Positions 10,180 to 19,182 of a stretch of DNA of 38,001 nucleotides are shown one piece after another. Every line of letters begins with the position of its first letter. The stretch's first letter is position 1. The DNA comes from Polyangiales bacterium. Lineage in GTDB: Bacteria; Myxococcota_A; Polyangia; Polyangiales; Houyiibacteriaceae. A program made the translations under genes and the position numbers. The stretch spans positions 1 to 38,001 of the forward strand of contig JBLYYU010000263.1 of the NCBI GenBank assembly GCA_048550275.1, given 5' to 3'. The notes under the pieces are model-generated. The model was not told where the DNA came from. It worked only from the letters and a program-made list of their open reading frames with translations, and made no database searches.

Positions 10180-12216
10180 CTAGGCGCGCTGGCCCGCGTG
10201 TTTGGAAACCAGGTCCTGGGCGATTCGCTCCGGCACGGCGTCGTAGTGGCTGAGCTCCATCGTGTAGCTGCCGCGCCCCTTCGTCATGCTCGCCAACGCG
10301 GGCTCGTAGTCCATCATGTCTGCGAGTGGTACAGACGCCTTCACCACCGCGGTCCCACTGCTCATCATGTCGGTCGCGAGGACTCGTCCACGACGGCTCG
10401 AAAGGTCACCTGTGATCGAGCCGACGGTGTCGCCTGGGGTGGCGACCTCTACATTCACGATCGGTTCGAGAATCTGCGGCCTCGCTTTCAAGAATGCGTC
10501 CTTGAAGGCGAACTTGCCCGCGGTCTTGAACGCGATCTCCTTGCTGTCGACCGCATGTGTCTTTCCGTCGTAGACCGTCACGCGAACGTCTTCGATCGGA
10601 TAACCCGCGACGATTCCGGTTCGCATGATGTCGCGAACGCCTTTCTCGATCGCCGGCAAGAAGCCCTTGGGGATCACGCCGCCGACGATCTTGTCGACGA
10701 ACTCGAAGCCGCCGCCTCGCTCGAGCGGCTCGACCCGAAGATGGACTTCGCCGAACTGACCTGCGCCACCGCTCTGCTTCTTGTGCCGGTACTGGCCCTC
10801 GGCCTTGCCCATGATGGTTTCGTGGTACGCGATCTTGGGTGGCTTCGTTTCGACCTCGATGCCCTGGTTCTTCATCCGCTCGATGACGAGGTTCAAGTGC
10901 AGCTCCCCGAGCCCGTGCACGACGAGCTCGTGCGTCTCGGAGTCGAAATGCGCCTGGAACGTCGGGTCCTCCTCTCGAATTCGGGCGAGAACTTCGGCGA
11001 TCTTGTTCTCGTCGGACCGGGTCTTCGGAACTACGGCGAGTCCGTGAAGGGGTGACGGGTACGGAAGCGGCTTGTGATGGACGTGGTCGAGCGCGTGATC
11101 GTCGTGCAGGACATCTGCAAGGTGCAACTCGTCGAGCTTCGCAATCGCGCCCATGTCGCCGGCCACGATTTTCTGCGCGGGCTCGCGCTGCTTACCTTGC
11201 AACTTGAACATGTGGCCGACCCGAATCGGCTTCTTTCCGTCTCCGATGAAGAGCTGATCGCCCGCCTTGATGGTGCCCTGATAGACCCGAAATAGGCAGA
11301 GCTTTCCGAGGTACGGGTCCGTCGTGACGTGAAAGACTCGGGCTAGGAGGGTCTTGCTCGAATCATCGGCGTAGAGGAACGGTTTCTCTCCCTCTCCTTC
11401 ACCGATGAAGAACGGGCGTGGGTTGCCCTCGGGAGGGCTGGGGAAGTGCCGAACGATGATATCGAGGAGCTCGTCGATGCCGGCACCGCTCAGGGCATCC
11501 GTGAAGCAGACCGGTACGACGTGCGCCTGGTCCATAGCTCGCTCGAACGGCTCGTGAAGCGCCTCGTAGTTTGGATCCTCGCCTTCGAGGTAGCGCTCCA
11601 TGAGCGCGTCGTCGATCTCGACGACTTGGTCGAGCAACTCGGTGTGAAAGCCGGCAACTGGCCCGAGGTCGCTTTCACCCTTTCCATTCAGTAGGCAATC
11701 GATCACGCCGGTGCCGCCGTTCGCCGGCAGGTTGATCGGGAGGCAGCCTCGTCCGAACGCCTGCTTGAGGTCGTTCAAGAACGGCCCGAGACGCGAGACA
11801 CCTTCACCGATGTGACTCACCACGATGGCGACTGGAAGGTTGAGGCTCTGCGCGAGCTTCACGAAGCGCCTGCTCATGCTGTTGATCCCGGCATCCGGAT
11901 CCATGACGAGCACCATGGTCTCTGCCGCGGGAAGACAGGCAATCGCCTGCCCGATGAAATCGGGAGCGCCCGGGAGGTCGAGAATGTTGATTCGCTTGCC
12001 CTGATGAGTCGCGTGCAAGAGCGTCGAGTACACCGAGTAGTGGTGCGCCTGCTCTTCTTTCTCGAAGTCGCTTAGCGAGGTGCCAGCGTCGACGTCGCCC
12101 TGGCGGGTAGTTTCGCCGGCGTGAAATAGGAGCGCCTCAGCGAGGGTGGTCTTGCCGCTCGAGCGCGCGCCGGCAAAGAGGACGTTGTGAAAGTCGGAGG
12201 TACCGAAGTCGGGCAT
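10180..12216 (-). CDS. Elongation factor G paralogue (EF-G2/FusA2-like) with a degenerate GTPase domain
   Basis: EF-G domains III-V are recognisable (EEDPTF, GLGELHL, HKKQSGGAGQFG, DGKTHAVDS.EIAF, LEPI). G motifs are altered: GARSSGKTT, DLPGAPDF, SHIG in place of NKxD. Confidence 0.88.
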   Translation of the reverse strand: MPDFGTSDFHNVLFAGARSSGKTTLAEALLFHAGETTRQGDVDAGTSLSDFEKEEQAHHYSVYSTLLHATHQGKRINILDLPGAPDFIGQAIACLPAAETMVLVMDPDAGINSMSRRFVKLAQSLNLPVAIVVSHIGEGVSRLGPFLNDLKQAFGRGCLPINLPANGGTGVIDCLLNGKGESDLGPVAGFHTELLDQVVEIDDALMERYLEGEDPNYEALHEPFERAMDQAHVVPVCFTDALSGAGIDELLDIIVRHFPSPPEGNPRPFFIGEGEGEKPFLYADDSSKTLLARVFHVTTDPYLGKLCLFRVYQGTIKAGDQLFIGDGKKPIRVGHMFKLQGKQREPAQKIVAGDMGAIAKLDELHLADVLHDDHALDHVHHKPLPYPSPLHGLAVVPKTRSDENKIAEVLARIREEDPTFQAHFDSETHELVVHGLGELHLNLVIERMKNQGIEVETKPPKIAYHETIMGKAEGQYRHKKQSGGAGQFGEVHLRVEPLERGGGFEFVDKIVGGVIPKGFLPAIEKGVRDIMRTGIVAGYPIEDVRVTVYDGKTHAVDSKEIAFKTAGKFAFKDAFLKARPQILEPIVNVEVATPGDTVGSITGDLSSRRGRVLATDMMSSGTAVVKASVPLADMMDYEPALASMTKGRGSYTMELSHYDAVPERIAQDLVSKHAGQRA

Positions 12217-12384
12217 GGGCCGTGTTGAAGCAAATCTCGGACGGGGCCGCAAGCTGGCACCGAAACCAAGCGCTGGGAGTAGACGTCAGCGCCCATTCCC
12301 GCTCTCCTGTTCGCGGCGCAAAGATTGCGCGAGGGCCCCATCGATGCCGGATCGAGGGCTAAGAACCGAGCCGGCTTTCGCCTC

Positions 12385-12741
12385 TCAGGCCACGGACGGG
12401 CCTTCGTAGGTGTCTCCACCAAAGGCTAGAATGGGATAGAAAACGAAACCGAGGAAGAACAGCCCCAGGGCGAACGCGAGGTCGTGACCAAAGGACCGAG
12501 AGAGGTCGAGGGCGAGGAGGAAGCCGACGACGATGTTCACGATCGGTATGAACAAGAGAACGATCCACCAGATGGGACGCCCTACGATCTCGAGTAAGAC
12601 GATCACGTTGTAGATCGGGATGAGCGCGGCCCAGCCTGGTTTCCCGGCTTTCTCGAAGATCCTCCAGAACACGAATAGGAAGAACGCCAGGAAGACGAGT
12701 TGAATGACTATCCCAAAGAAACTGCCGTCGCCCTGATCCAT
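12385..12741 (-). CDS. DUF5684-like small membrane protein
   Basis: WRIFEKAGKPGWAALIPIYN signature, 3-4 TM segments; GAAGGA lies upstream of the ATG at 12741. Confidence 0.8.
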   Translation of the reverse strand: MDQGDGSFFGIVIQLVFLAFFLFVFWRIFEKAGKPGWAALIPIYNVIVLLEIVGRPIWWIVLLFIPIVNIVVGFLLALDLSRSFGHDLAFALGLFFLGFVFYPILAFGGDTYEGPSVA

Positions 12742-12815
12742 ATCGCCGGTCCTTCCGCTGCTCGCGAGCTCAGCAGAGAGAATACCACGGGGACCGGGAG
12801 TTGGGTGCACAAGCG

Positions 12816-12846
12816 AAACAGGGCGCCCTTTCGAGGGGCGCCCTGT
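12816..12846 (-). terminator. Probable intrinsic terminator downstream of the Cys-rich repeat gene
   Basis: Perfect 11-bp stem ACAGGGCGCCC / GGGCGCCCTGT with a 7-nt loop, followed by a short T run on the minus strand, about 25 nt after the stop at 12872. Confidence 0.7.
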
Positions 12847-12871
12847 CTGCTTTGCTGACTGCGTCGTTCGG

Positions 12872-13573
12872 CTAGTCGAGCGTCGCCTTTTGCTCGCCCT
12901 GCCAGATGGCGCGGACGCCTTGGGTGATGAGGGTCACCCCCTCGAACGAGAAGAAGAACACGTCATCCTCGAATGTCCCTTTGGCATCTAGGACGTGTGA
13001 TCCGCCGTTCAGAATGATCTCGACCTCCCCGTCGACGGCGCCGTCCGCCGCGAGGTCGAGATCGACCGAATAGCTCAACGCGTTGGTGCCCTCGTTGACG
13101 ACGCAGGTTCCGGAACCAGAAACAGTCTCGACGCCAATCGCGAGATCGATGACATCGGCACATGTGCCAACGGCCGGCTCGTCATTCGAAGCAAGATTGT
13201 CGATCAGCACGTCGATCGTGATTTGCCCTCGGGCTTCGACCTCGCACGCGCTCGAGCAGCCGTCTCCGTCTTCCGTGTTTCCGTCGTCGCAACGCTCGAG
13301 GGGATCGACGAACCCGTCACCACAGGCAGCCTCGACGGCGACGACTGGCGGCTTGTCGTCGTTTCCGAGCTCACCACCCTCGCCTGCATCGGGATCGACC
13401 CCGTCGTTCTCGCCGCCGAGCTCCGGGTCCGGATCGACCTCTTCCTGGTTGCCGGCGAGCACGTCGCCAGGGCTGAGATCCTCGTCGAAGGCTGCGTTTC
13501 CTGCATCGCCACAGGCGACGGCGAGCACCGAAAGGAGGCCGATGAGGATTGAGCTAAGGATGTTCTTGGTCAT
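12872..13573 (-). CDS. Lipoprotein with myxococcus cysteine-rich repeat (DUF4215-like)
   Basis: Lipobox AVAC; CGDGFVDPLERCDDGNTEDGDGCSSAC repeat; AGGAGA RBS upstream of ATG 13573. Confidence 0.8.
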   Translation of the reverse strand: MTKNILSSILIGLLSVLAVACGDAGNAAFDEDLSPGDVLAGNQEEVDPDPELGGENDGVDPDAGEGGELGNDDKPPVVAVEAACGDGFVDPLERCDDGNTEDGDGCSSACEVEARGQITIDVLIDNLASNDEPAVGTCADVIDLAIGVETVSGSGTCVVNEGTNALSYSVDLDLAADGAVDGEVEIILNGGSHVLDAKGTFEDDVFFFSFEGVTLITQGVRAIWQGEQKATLD

Positions 13574-13739
13574 GGTGTTCTCTCCTACGCGGGTCACTGT
13601 TGCGTTCGCACCCGGCTTTCGATCTGCCTACGCCGGCAACTCGGGTTTGGATTAACGAAAACACGGGATCACGGCAGAACGCGTTTTGGAATGGGAACCG
13701 CCATTCAGCTGATGTACGCTCGCGAGCAGGAGGTGCCGC

Positions 13740-14096
13740 ATGAGGGCATTGTTCGTGACGCTGGGTTCGTTTTGTCTCTTTGGCTTCGCTGCTTGTGCAG
13801 ACGAAAGCGAGATGTTCACCAGCAACAACCCGGCGAACTGCGCGGAGTTCTGCACCAAGCTCGTCGAGTGCGATCCCGAGGAAACCATAGAAGCATGCGG
13901 GAGCAATTGCGTCGGAATCGCGCAACAGGCCAATGCGGTCTCGAGCGCCTGTCTGAGCGCGTTCGGCGCGGTGAACAGCTGCGTAAGCGGACTGACCTGC
14001 GAGCAGGGCCAGGCTTGGTTCGAGGAGATCCCTCCGGACGCCTACCCCTGCAAAGCCGAGGACGACGCAGCATCAGCAGCATGCAATCCCGGCTGA
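13740..14096 (+). CDS. Small cysteine-rich lipoprotein, unknown function
   Basis: AGGAGG RBS; lipobox FAAC; 10 further Cys in about 90 aa. Confidence 0.75.
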   Translation: MRALFVTLGSFCLFGFAACADESEMFTSNNPANCAEFCTKLVECDPEETIEACGSNCVGIAQQANAVSSACLSAFGAVNSCVSGLTCEQGQAWFEEIPPDAYPCKAEDDAASAACNPG

Positions 14097-14104
14097 ACCG
14101 GAAA

Positions 14105-14809
14105 CTACTGTCGGTAGAATTCCTCCGGGATGCCGATGCGCTCGAACGGCATCGCGAGGTCTCGAGGTACCGCGCTCTCGAACGTGACCCGCTCTCCGTT
14201 TGCGGGGTGCGGAAACGATAGGCGCAGCGCGTGAAGCGCGAGGCGGTAGAGGCCAAGTTCCGCACGGTACCGGCGGTTGTCGGCGCCGTTTCCGTACCGG
14301 ACATCACCGGCCAGTGGATGGTCGATTCGGCGCAAGTGACGGCGAATCTGATGGCGCCGCCCAGTCCGGGGACGGGCTTCGACTAGGGAAAGACGCTGAT
14401 CTGACGAGTAGAGCGTTTGATAGTCGGTCACCGCTTCGACGTCCGGCCCTCCTTCCCGCTTGGCCATCGGACTGTCGATCGAGCCACTCGCTGGCGGCGT
14501 GCCCCGAACGAGCGCCAGGTAGTCCTTGTCTACCAGACGGTCGTGAAACGAGGCGTGGAGTGTGCGCGCGTGCTCGGAGGAAAGCGCGAAGACCAGGACC
14601 CCGCTAGTGGCTCGATCGAGGCGGTGGACCGGATAGACCCATTGACCGATCTCGTTGCGTGTGAGGTTGAGCGCAAAGGTGGAGCCATGGTCGTCACCGC
14701 GATGAACCGAAAGCCCGGACGGCTTGTCCACGACGACGATGGCATCGTCCCGATGGAGCACGTCGATCGAATTCGGAATCGGCGCAGGGCGTGGCGCGCT
14801 GGGGTCCAT
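14105..14809 (-). CDS. RluA-family pseudouridine synthase (TruC-like)
   Basis: VDKPSGL.VH, catalytic HRLDRATSGV, TGRRHQIRRH, HPLAGD.RYG, LHA..L.F.HP; no S4 domain. Confidence 0.88.
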   Translation of the reverse strand: MDPSAPRPAPIPNSIDVLHRDDAIVVVDKPSGLSVHRGDDHGSTFALNLTRNEIGQWVYPVHRLDRATSGVLVFALSSEHARTLHASFHDRLVDKDYLALVRGTPPASGSIDSPMAKREGGPDVEAVTDYQTLYSSDQRLSLVEARPRTGRRHQIRRHLRRIDHPLAGDVRYGNGADNRRYRAELGLYRLALHALRLSFPHPANGERVTFESAVPRDLAMPFERIGIPEEFYRQ

Positions 14810-14987
14810 CGGCAAAACGCGTTAGCCCCAGCCTGCCACCTCGTCCATCAGCCATCGATGGAACGGATCGTCTCGTGGTGCATTTCGAGCTGCTAGCGGC
14901 GGGTTTTGGGAGTTTTCATGACCGAATCGTCCTCTGAATATGGGGTCGGCGGGTGATCTCCAGGGTTTGTGCTACTCCCCCGGCTCC

Positions 14988-16691
14988 ATGTCTGAGCTCC
15001 TTAGCCTCGATCAGGCCCCCGCGGGCCTCGGCGCAGCATTGCGCAACGCCGGATTTGAAACCTTCACTGCGATTCAACGCGCCGTCTTGGAGCCTGAGCT
15101 CGCGGGTCGCGATCTCCGTATTTCTTCGCAGACCGGCTCCGGCAAGACCGTGGCTCTCGGTCTGCTCATCGCCCCCACGGTCGCAATTGCGGCCGCGACC
15201 AAGCCCTCAAAGAAACACCGCAAGTCGGCCCCGGCGGCGCCCGTTGCCCTACTCATCGCTCCGACGCGCGAGCTCGCCGGTCAGCTCGGCCGTGAGCTTC
15301 GCTGGCTGTACGAGCCGCTCGGCGCACGGGTTCTGGTCGTAACCGGCGGGACGAGCGTGATGCAGGAGCGCTATCAGCTCTCCACCTTGCCTCAAGTCGT
15401 CATCGGCACGCCGGGGCGGCTGCTCGATCATCTGCGCGCGGGCGCGATGAACCTCGATCAGATCAAGACCATCGCACTCGACGAAGCCGACGAGATGCTC
15501 GACATGAACTTCGAGGAAGAGCTCGATGGGATTCTGGGGTACGCGCCGAAAGCGCGCCGCACTCATCTGGTGTCGGCGACATTCCCGCGTCAGGTCGTCA
15601 AGCTCGCCGACCGCCTTCAGCAGGACGCGGTTCCGGTGGAGGGGACGGTGCTCGGCAAGGCCAACGCCGACATCGAACATCTAGTGATGCACGTTCGACA
15701 GGCGGACCGGTTCGACGCGGCGGTCAACGTACTGCTCCGTCATCCGGAGGACAAGACGCTGCTCTTCGTCCGTACGCGGACAGAAACAGTTCGGTTGGCG
15801 GATGAGCTCTCGGCGGCGGGGCTCGCTGCACGCGCGCTCAACGGCGAAATGACGCAACGAGAACGAACCGCGACGTTCACTCAGTTTCGAAACGGAAGCA
15901 TTCAGTATCTGGTGGCGACCGACGTTGCGGCTCGCGGGCTCGACGTGCAGGACATCGGCCGGGTGATTCAGGTCGACCTGCCGGACAACGCAGACGTGTT
16001 TACCCACCGTGCGGGCCGTACGGGGCGCGCGGGTCGTAAGGGAACCAACGTGCTCTTTGCGGCTGCACGTGCGGAGTACCGGGTCCAGAACACATTGCGA
16101 GCGGCTGGCGTGCGAGCGCGGCTGGTGCCGATCCCGACGCCCGCGGAGATTTTCGCGGCGACCGACGAACGCCTGGGCGAGAGCTTCTTGCGTGATCTTC
16201 AGGGCCAGGCCGAAGCACCTGATGCGCGAGCTACGGATTTGGCCGAGCGACTGCTCGCCGAACACTCGCCTGCCGAGCTCGTCGCTTGCCTCTTGAAGCG
16301 CGAAGCCGAGCGAAGTCAGGGGTCGCCGAGAAATGTCCGCGATGACGCAAAGGCGGCGCGGCACGAGCGCAAGCCTCGCAAGCCCTCGCCGCGGCTACCC
16401 TCGCGCAAGCGCCCCAAGGGGGACTTCATCACGTATCAGGTGAGCTGGGGCGCACAGGCGGGCGCGGACACGCGGCGTCTGTTGGCGATGGTGTGTCGGC
16501 GCGGCGACGTGTCGAGCGAGCTGGTGGGCAGCATTCGCGTCTCACCCAATAGCTCGACGGTGGACATCGCCGCCAGCGAGGCGCAGCGCTTCGAACGCGC
16601 GGTGGCACGTCCCGACAAACGAAACCCGCGCGCGAAGTTCCGGCGTTGGGATCCGCAAGCCAAGGGCCTCAAGCGGAGAGCAAACGCCTAG
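14988..16691 (+). CDS. DEAD-box RNA helicase with C-terminal DbpA-type RNA-binding domain
   Basis: QTGSGKT, PTRELA, TPGRLLDHL, DEAD, SAT, ARGLD, HRAGRTGRAG; C-terminal ...LLAMVCRRG...VGSIRV. Confidence 0.92.
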   Translation: MSELLSLDQAPAGLGAALRNAGFETFTAIQRAVLEPELAGRDLRISSQTGSGKTVALGLLIAPTVAIAAATKPSKKHRKSAPAAPVALLIAPTRELAGQLGRELRWLYEPLGARVLVVTGGTSVMQERYQLSTLPQVVIGTPGRLLDHLRAGAMNLDQIKTIALDEADEMLDMNFEEELDGILGYAPKARRTHLVSATFPRQVVKLADRLQQDAVPVEGTVLGKANADIEHLVMHVRQADRFDAAVNVLLRHPEDKTLLFVRTRTETVRLADELSAAGLAARALNGEMTQRERTATFTQFRNGSIQYLVATDVAARGLDVQDIGRVIQVDLPDNADVFTHRAGRTGRAGRKGTNVLFAAARAEYRVQNTLRAAGVRARLVPIPTPAEIFAATDERLGESFLRDLQGQAEAPDARATDLAERLLAEHSPAELVACLLKREAERSQGSPRNVRDDAKAARHERKPRKPSPRLPSRKRPKGDFITYQVSWGAQAGADTRRLLAMVCRRGDVSSELVGSIRVSPNSSTVDIAASEAQRFERAVARPDKRNPRAKFRRWDPQAKGLKRRANA

Positions 16692-16801
16692 ACCAACTGG
16701 GCTGGCGTCCAACCGTCATCGACCGCGATGGTTTGGGCGTTGCGAACGCGGCTATTGTCTTTGACTATCCGGGCATTCGTTAGGAGTATGCCCGGCAGAC
16801 G

Positions 16802-18052
16802 ATGATTTCCGCACCGGATCTTCCCGTGGGCGTTCGGGCGCTGAATGGCGCACTGGGCTTGCTCGGCCCGCTCACGCCCCTCGGCCGGAAGCTGTCCGCA
16901 GACGAACTGCACGAGCGCGCCACGAGGCAGACGAGCCTAGCGGATTTTGGCGACGCCTCGTATCGAGAGGGCTTCGACCGTTTGATCACCTCGATCAATG
17001 AGGAGGCGCGGCTCAGCCCGCTCGGCAAACTGATCGCGCGCGAAGAGATCATATTGGCGCTCACCACTCGCCTGCAGCTCGAGGCGCACCACCAACGCCA
17101 CGCTGAAATCGGCGCCGCAGCGATCGTGCGCCCGATCATCATCATCGGGATGGGCCGATCCGGAACGACGATTCTGCACGAGCTGCTCGCGCTGGACCCG
17201 TTGAACCGCACGCCTGCGACTTGGGAAGTCGACATGCCCTTCCCTCCGCCCGAGGCGTCCACGTACGACACCGATCCCCGGATCGAGCAGATCCAGAGCC
17301 GGCTCGACCGAACCGACCAGATCATCCCCAACTTCAAGAAGATGCACCGCATGGGCGCGACACTCCCACAGGAGTGCGTGCGTTGGACCGCAGGCGAGTT
17401 CGCAAGCGTGATATTCGGCACCACCTACGATGTCCCGAGCTATTGCAACTGGCTGATCGAGCAGGCGGACATGACCCCGGCGTATCGATACCACCGGCGT
17501 TTCCTTCAACTCTTGCAGTGGAAGTGTCCGGCGGAACGCTGGGTCTTGAAGTCGCCGGGACATCTCTGGAGCTTGGAGGCAATGCTGGCGGAGTACCCCG
17601 ACGCTCGTCTGATTCAGACTCACCGCGATCCACTCAAGACCACGGCATCGCTGGCGAGCTTGATCACGAACCTTCGCGCGATGTCGAGCAAGCACGTGGA
17701 CCCGATCGCGATCGGCCGAGACTGGGCAAACTGGAACGCGATGGCGCTCGAAGAGTCGGTTCGCGCCAGAGAGTCCGGACTCATTCGAGACGAGCAGGTC
17801 TTGGACATCAGCTTCTACGAGTTCATGAACGCTCCGCTCGATCGGGTGCAATCGATTTACGATTTCTTCGACCTCGAGCTGAAGCCGAGCGTCCGAGATC
17901 GTATGAAAGACTACTTGGCTGTCCACAGCTCAGAACAGCATGGCGCGCACCGGTATCGGCTCAGCGATTTCGGTTTCGATCTCGAAGAAGAGCGTGCACG
18001 GGTGCGTCGCTACCAACAGTACTTCGACGTCCCGACGGAGGCGCAGCGCTAG
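16802..18052 (+). CDS. Sulfotransferase (Sulfotransfer_3 / mycobacterial Stf-like)
   Basis: PAPS loop GMGRSGTT.LH, WVLKSPGH, IQTHRDP. Confidence 0.85.
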   Translation: MISAPDLPVGVRALNGALGLLGPLTPLGRKLSADELHERATRQTSLADFGDASYREGFDRLITSINEEARLSPLGKLIAREEIILALTTRLQLEAHHQRHAEIGAAAIVRPIIIIGMGRSGTTILHELLALDPLNRTPATWEVDMPFPPPEASTYDTDPRIEQIQSRLDRTDQIIPNFKKMHRMGATLPQECVRWTAGEFASVIFGTTYDVPSYCNWLIEQADMTPAYRYHRRFLQLLQWKCPAERWVLKSPGHLWSLEAMLAEYPDARLIQTHRDPLKTTASLASLITNLRAMSSKHVDPIAIGRDWANWNAMALEESVRARESGLIRDEQVLDISFYEFMNAPLDRVQSIYDFFDLELKPSVRDRMKDYLAVHSSEQHGAHRYRLSDFGFDLEEERARVRRYQQYFDVPTEAQR

Positions 18053-18088
18053 TACGCTACGCCTGCGACCAAAAGATCATACTCTCAG

Positions 18089-18517
18089 TTAGTCGTCTCG
18101 CGACACGGGTGCGCGCCGTTGCTTCTTCTCTTTTTGGCGCTGCTTGTCTCGAAGCCGGCGCTTCTTCTGTGCTCGCGACGGTTTGGTCGCGACGCGGCGT
18201 TTCGGGCTGACCAGAGCCTTGCGAATGAGGCGGCGAAGCGTCGCCCGCGCTCTTTCCAGGTTCTGACTTTGTGAGCGCTCGGCTTGAGCGCTCACAAGAA
18301 CGCCGCCGTCGCTGTCGAGCCGACGACCCGCCAGTTTGCGCAAACGATGCTTCTGCGCCGCGGACAGGGCTTCGCTCCCTCGGAGGTCGAAGCGCAAGGT
18401 GACCTTGGTGGCGACCTTGTTCACATTCTGGCCGCCAGGGCCCGAAGAACGAGCCGCCCGCCAGGATAGATCTCGAGCAGGGATGCTGAGGCGATCAGTG
18501 ATGGGCAGCGACTTCAT
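18089..18517 (-). CDS. arfB: Alternative ribosome rescue peptidyl-tRNA hydrolase ArfB (YaeJ)
   Basis: RSSGPGGQNVNKV, RSQ..N, basic C-terminal tail KRRVATKPS...KKRRL. Confidence 0.92.
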   Translation of the reverse strand: MKSLPITDRLSIPARDLSWRAARSSGPGGQNVNKVATKVTLRFDLRGSEALSAAQKHRLRKLAGRRLDSDGGVLVSAQAERSQSQNLERARATLRRLIRKALVSPKRRVATKPSRAQKKRRLRDKQRQKEKKQRRAPVSRDD

Positions 18518-18583
18518 GGGATGGCTCGGCCTAGCGGGGGTGGGGAGTGATCCTGCCGTCGACGCCTCGGTAAACAACAACCC

Positions 18584-19075
18584 CTAGCCGACCGGGTCGC
18601 AGACGAAGACCGGGATGTCGCGATCCGTGCGCGCCTGGTACTCGTCGTAGTCGGCGTAGCTGGCTACGATCACGGGCCAGAGAGCGCCCTTCTCTTCCTC
18701 GTCGACCTGCCGCGCTAGGTACCTGCGCTTCACGCCTTCGGCAAGGATCTCGATCTCCGGGTTCGCCTTGAGGTTGTAGTACCAGGCGGGGTGCATCTCG
18801 AGTCCACCTTGTGAAGCGACGAGGATCTTCTTGTCGTCGATCGGCACGTGCATGAGCGGAACCTCGCGGGCTTTGCCCGACTTCGCCCCCACCATGGTGA
18901 CCAGACAAATCGACTGGCCTTGGAACTTGCTCATGAGCCGGCCGCCACTTGCCTTGTAGACGGCCACGTTTACCCGAGTGAAGAACTTCGTCATGCGCCG
19001 AACGAAGGGAACTATTCTTTGGGGAATGGGCCTGACGTCTTCGCGCCGGGCCGAAACGTACTCGTGCTTGGGCAT
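18584..19075 (-). CDS. F420H2-dependent nitroreductase/quinone reductase (Ddn family)
   Basis: GAKSGK.R.VPL, VASQGG...HPAWYYNLKANP, Y..YQARTDRDIPV. Confidence 0.88.
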   Translation of the reverse strand: MPKHEYVSARREDVRPIPQRIVPFVRRMTKFFTRVNVAVYKASGGRLMSKFQGQSICLVTMVGAKSGKAREVPLMHVPIDDKKILVASQGGLEMHPAWYYNLKANPEIEILAEGVKRRYLARQVDEEEKGALWPVIVASYADYDEYQARTDRDIPVFVCDPVG

Positions 19076-19182
19076 CGCGCGGATCGTCTAGCGTGTTTTC
19101 GGGTACTTGTCGTCCCGGGACGGCACTGGATGGCGCAGCGACCTACTGCTATGACAGCAGCCTTAGAGGATAGACTATAGAT

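Noticed and set aside
13614-13630. GG-N10-GC match in the divergent lipoprotein intergenic region
   Set aside because: Poor flanking consensus (no TGG, no TTGC) and expected by chance in high-GC DNA.
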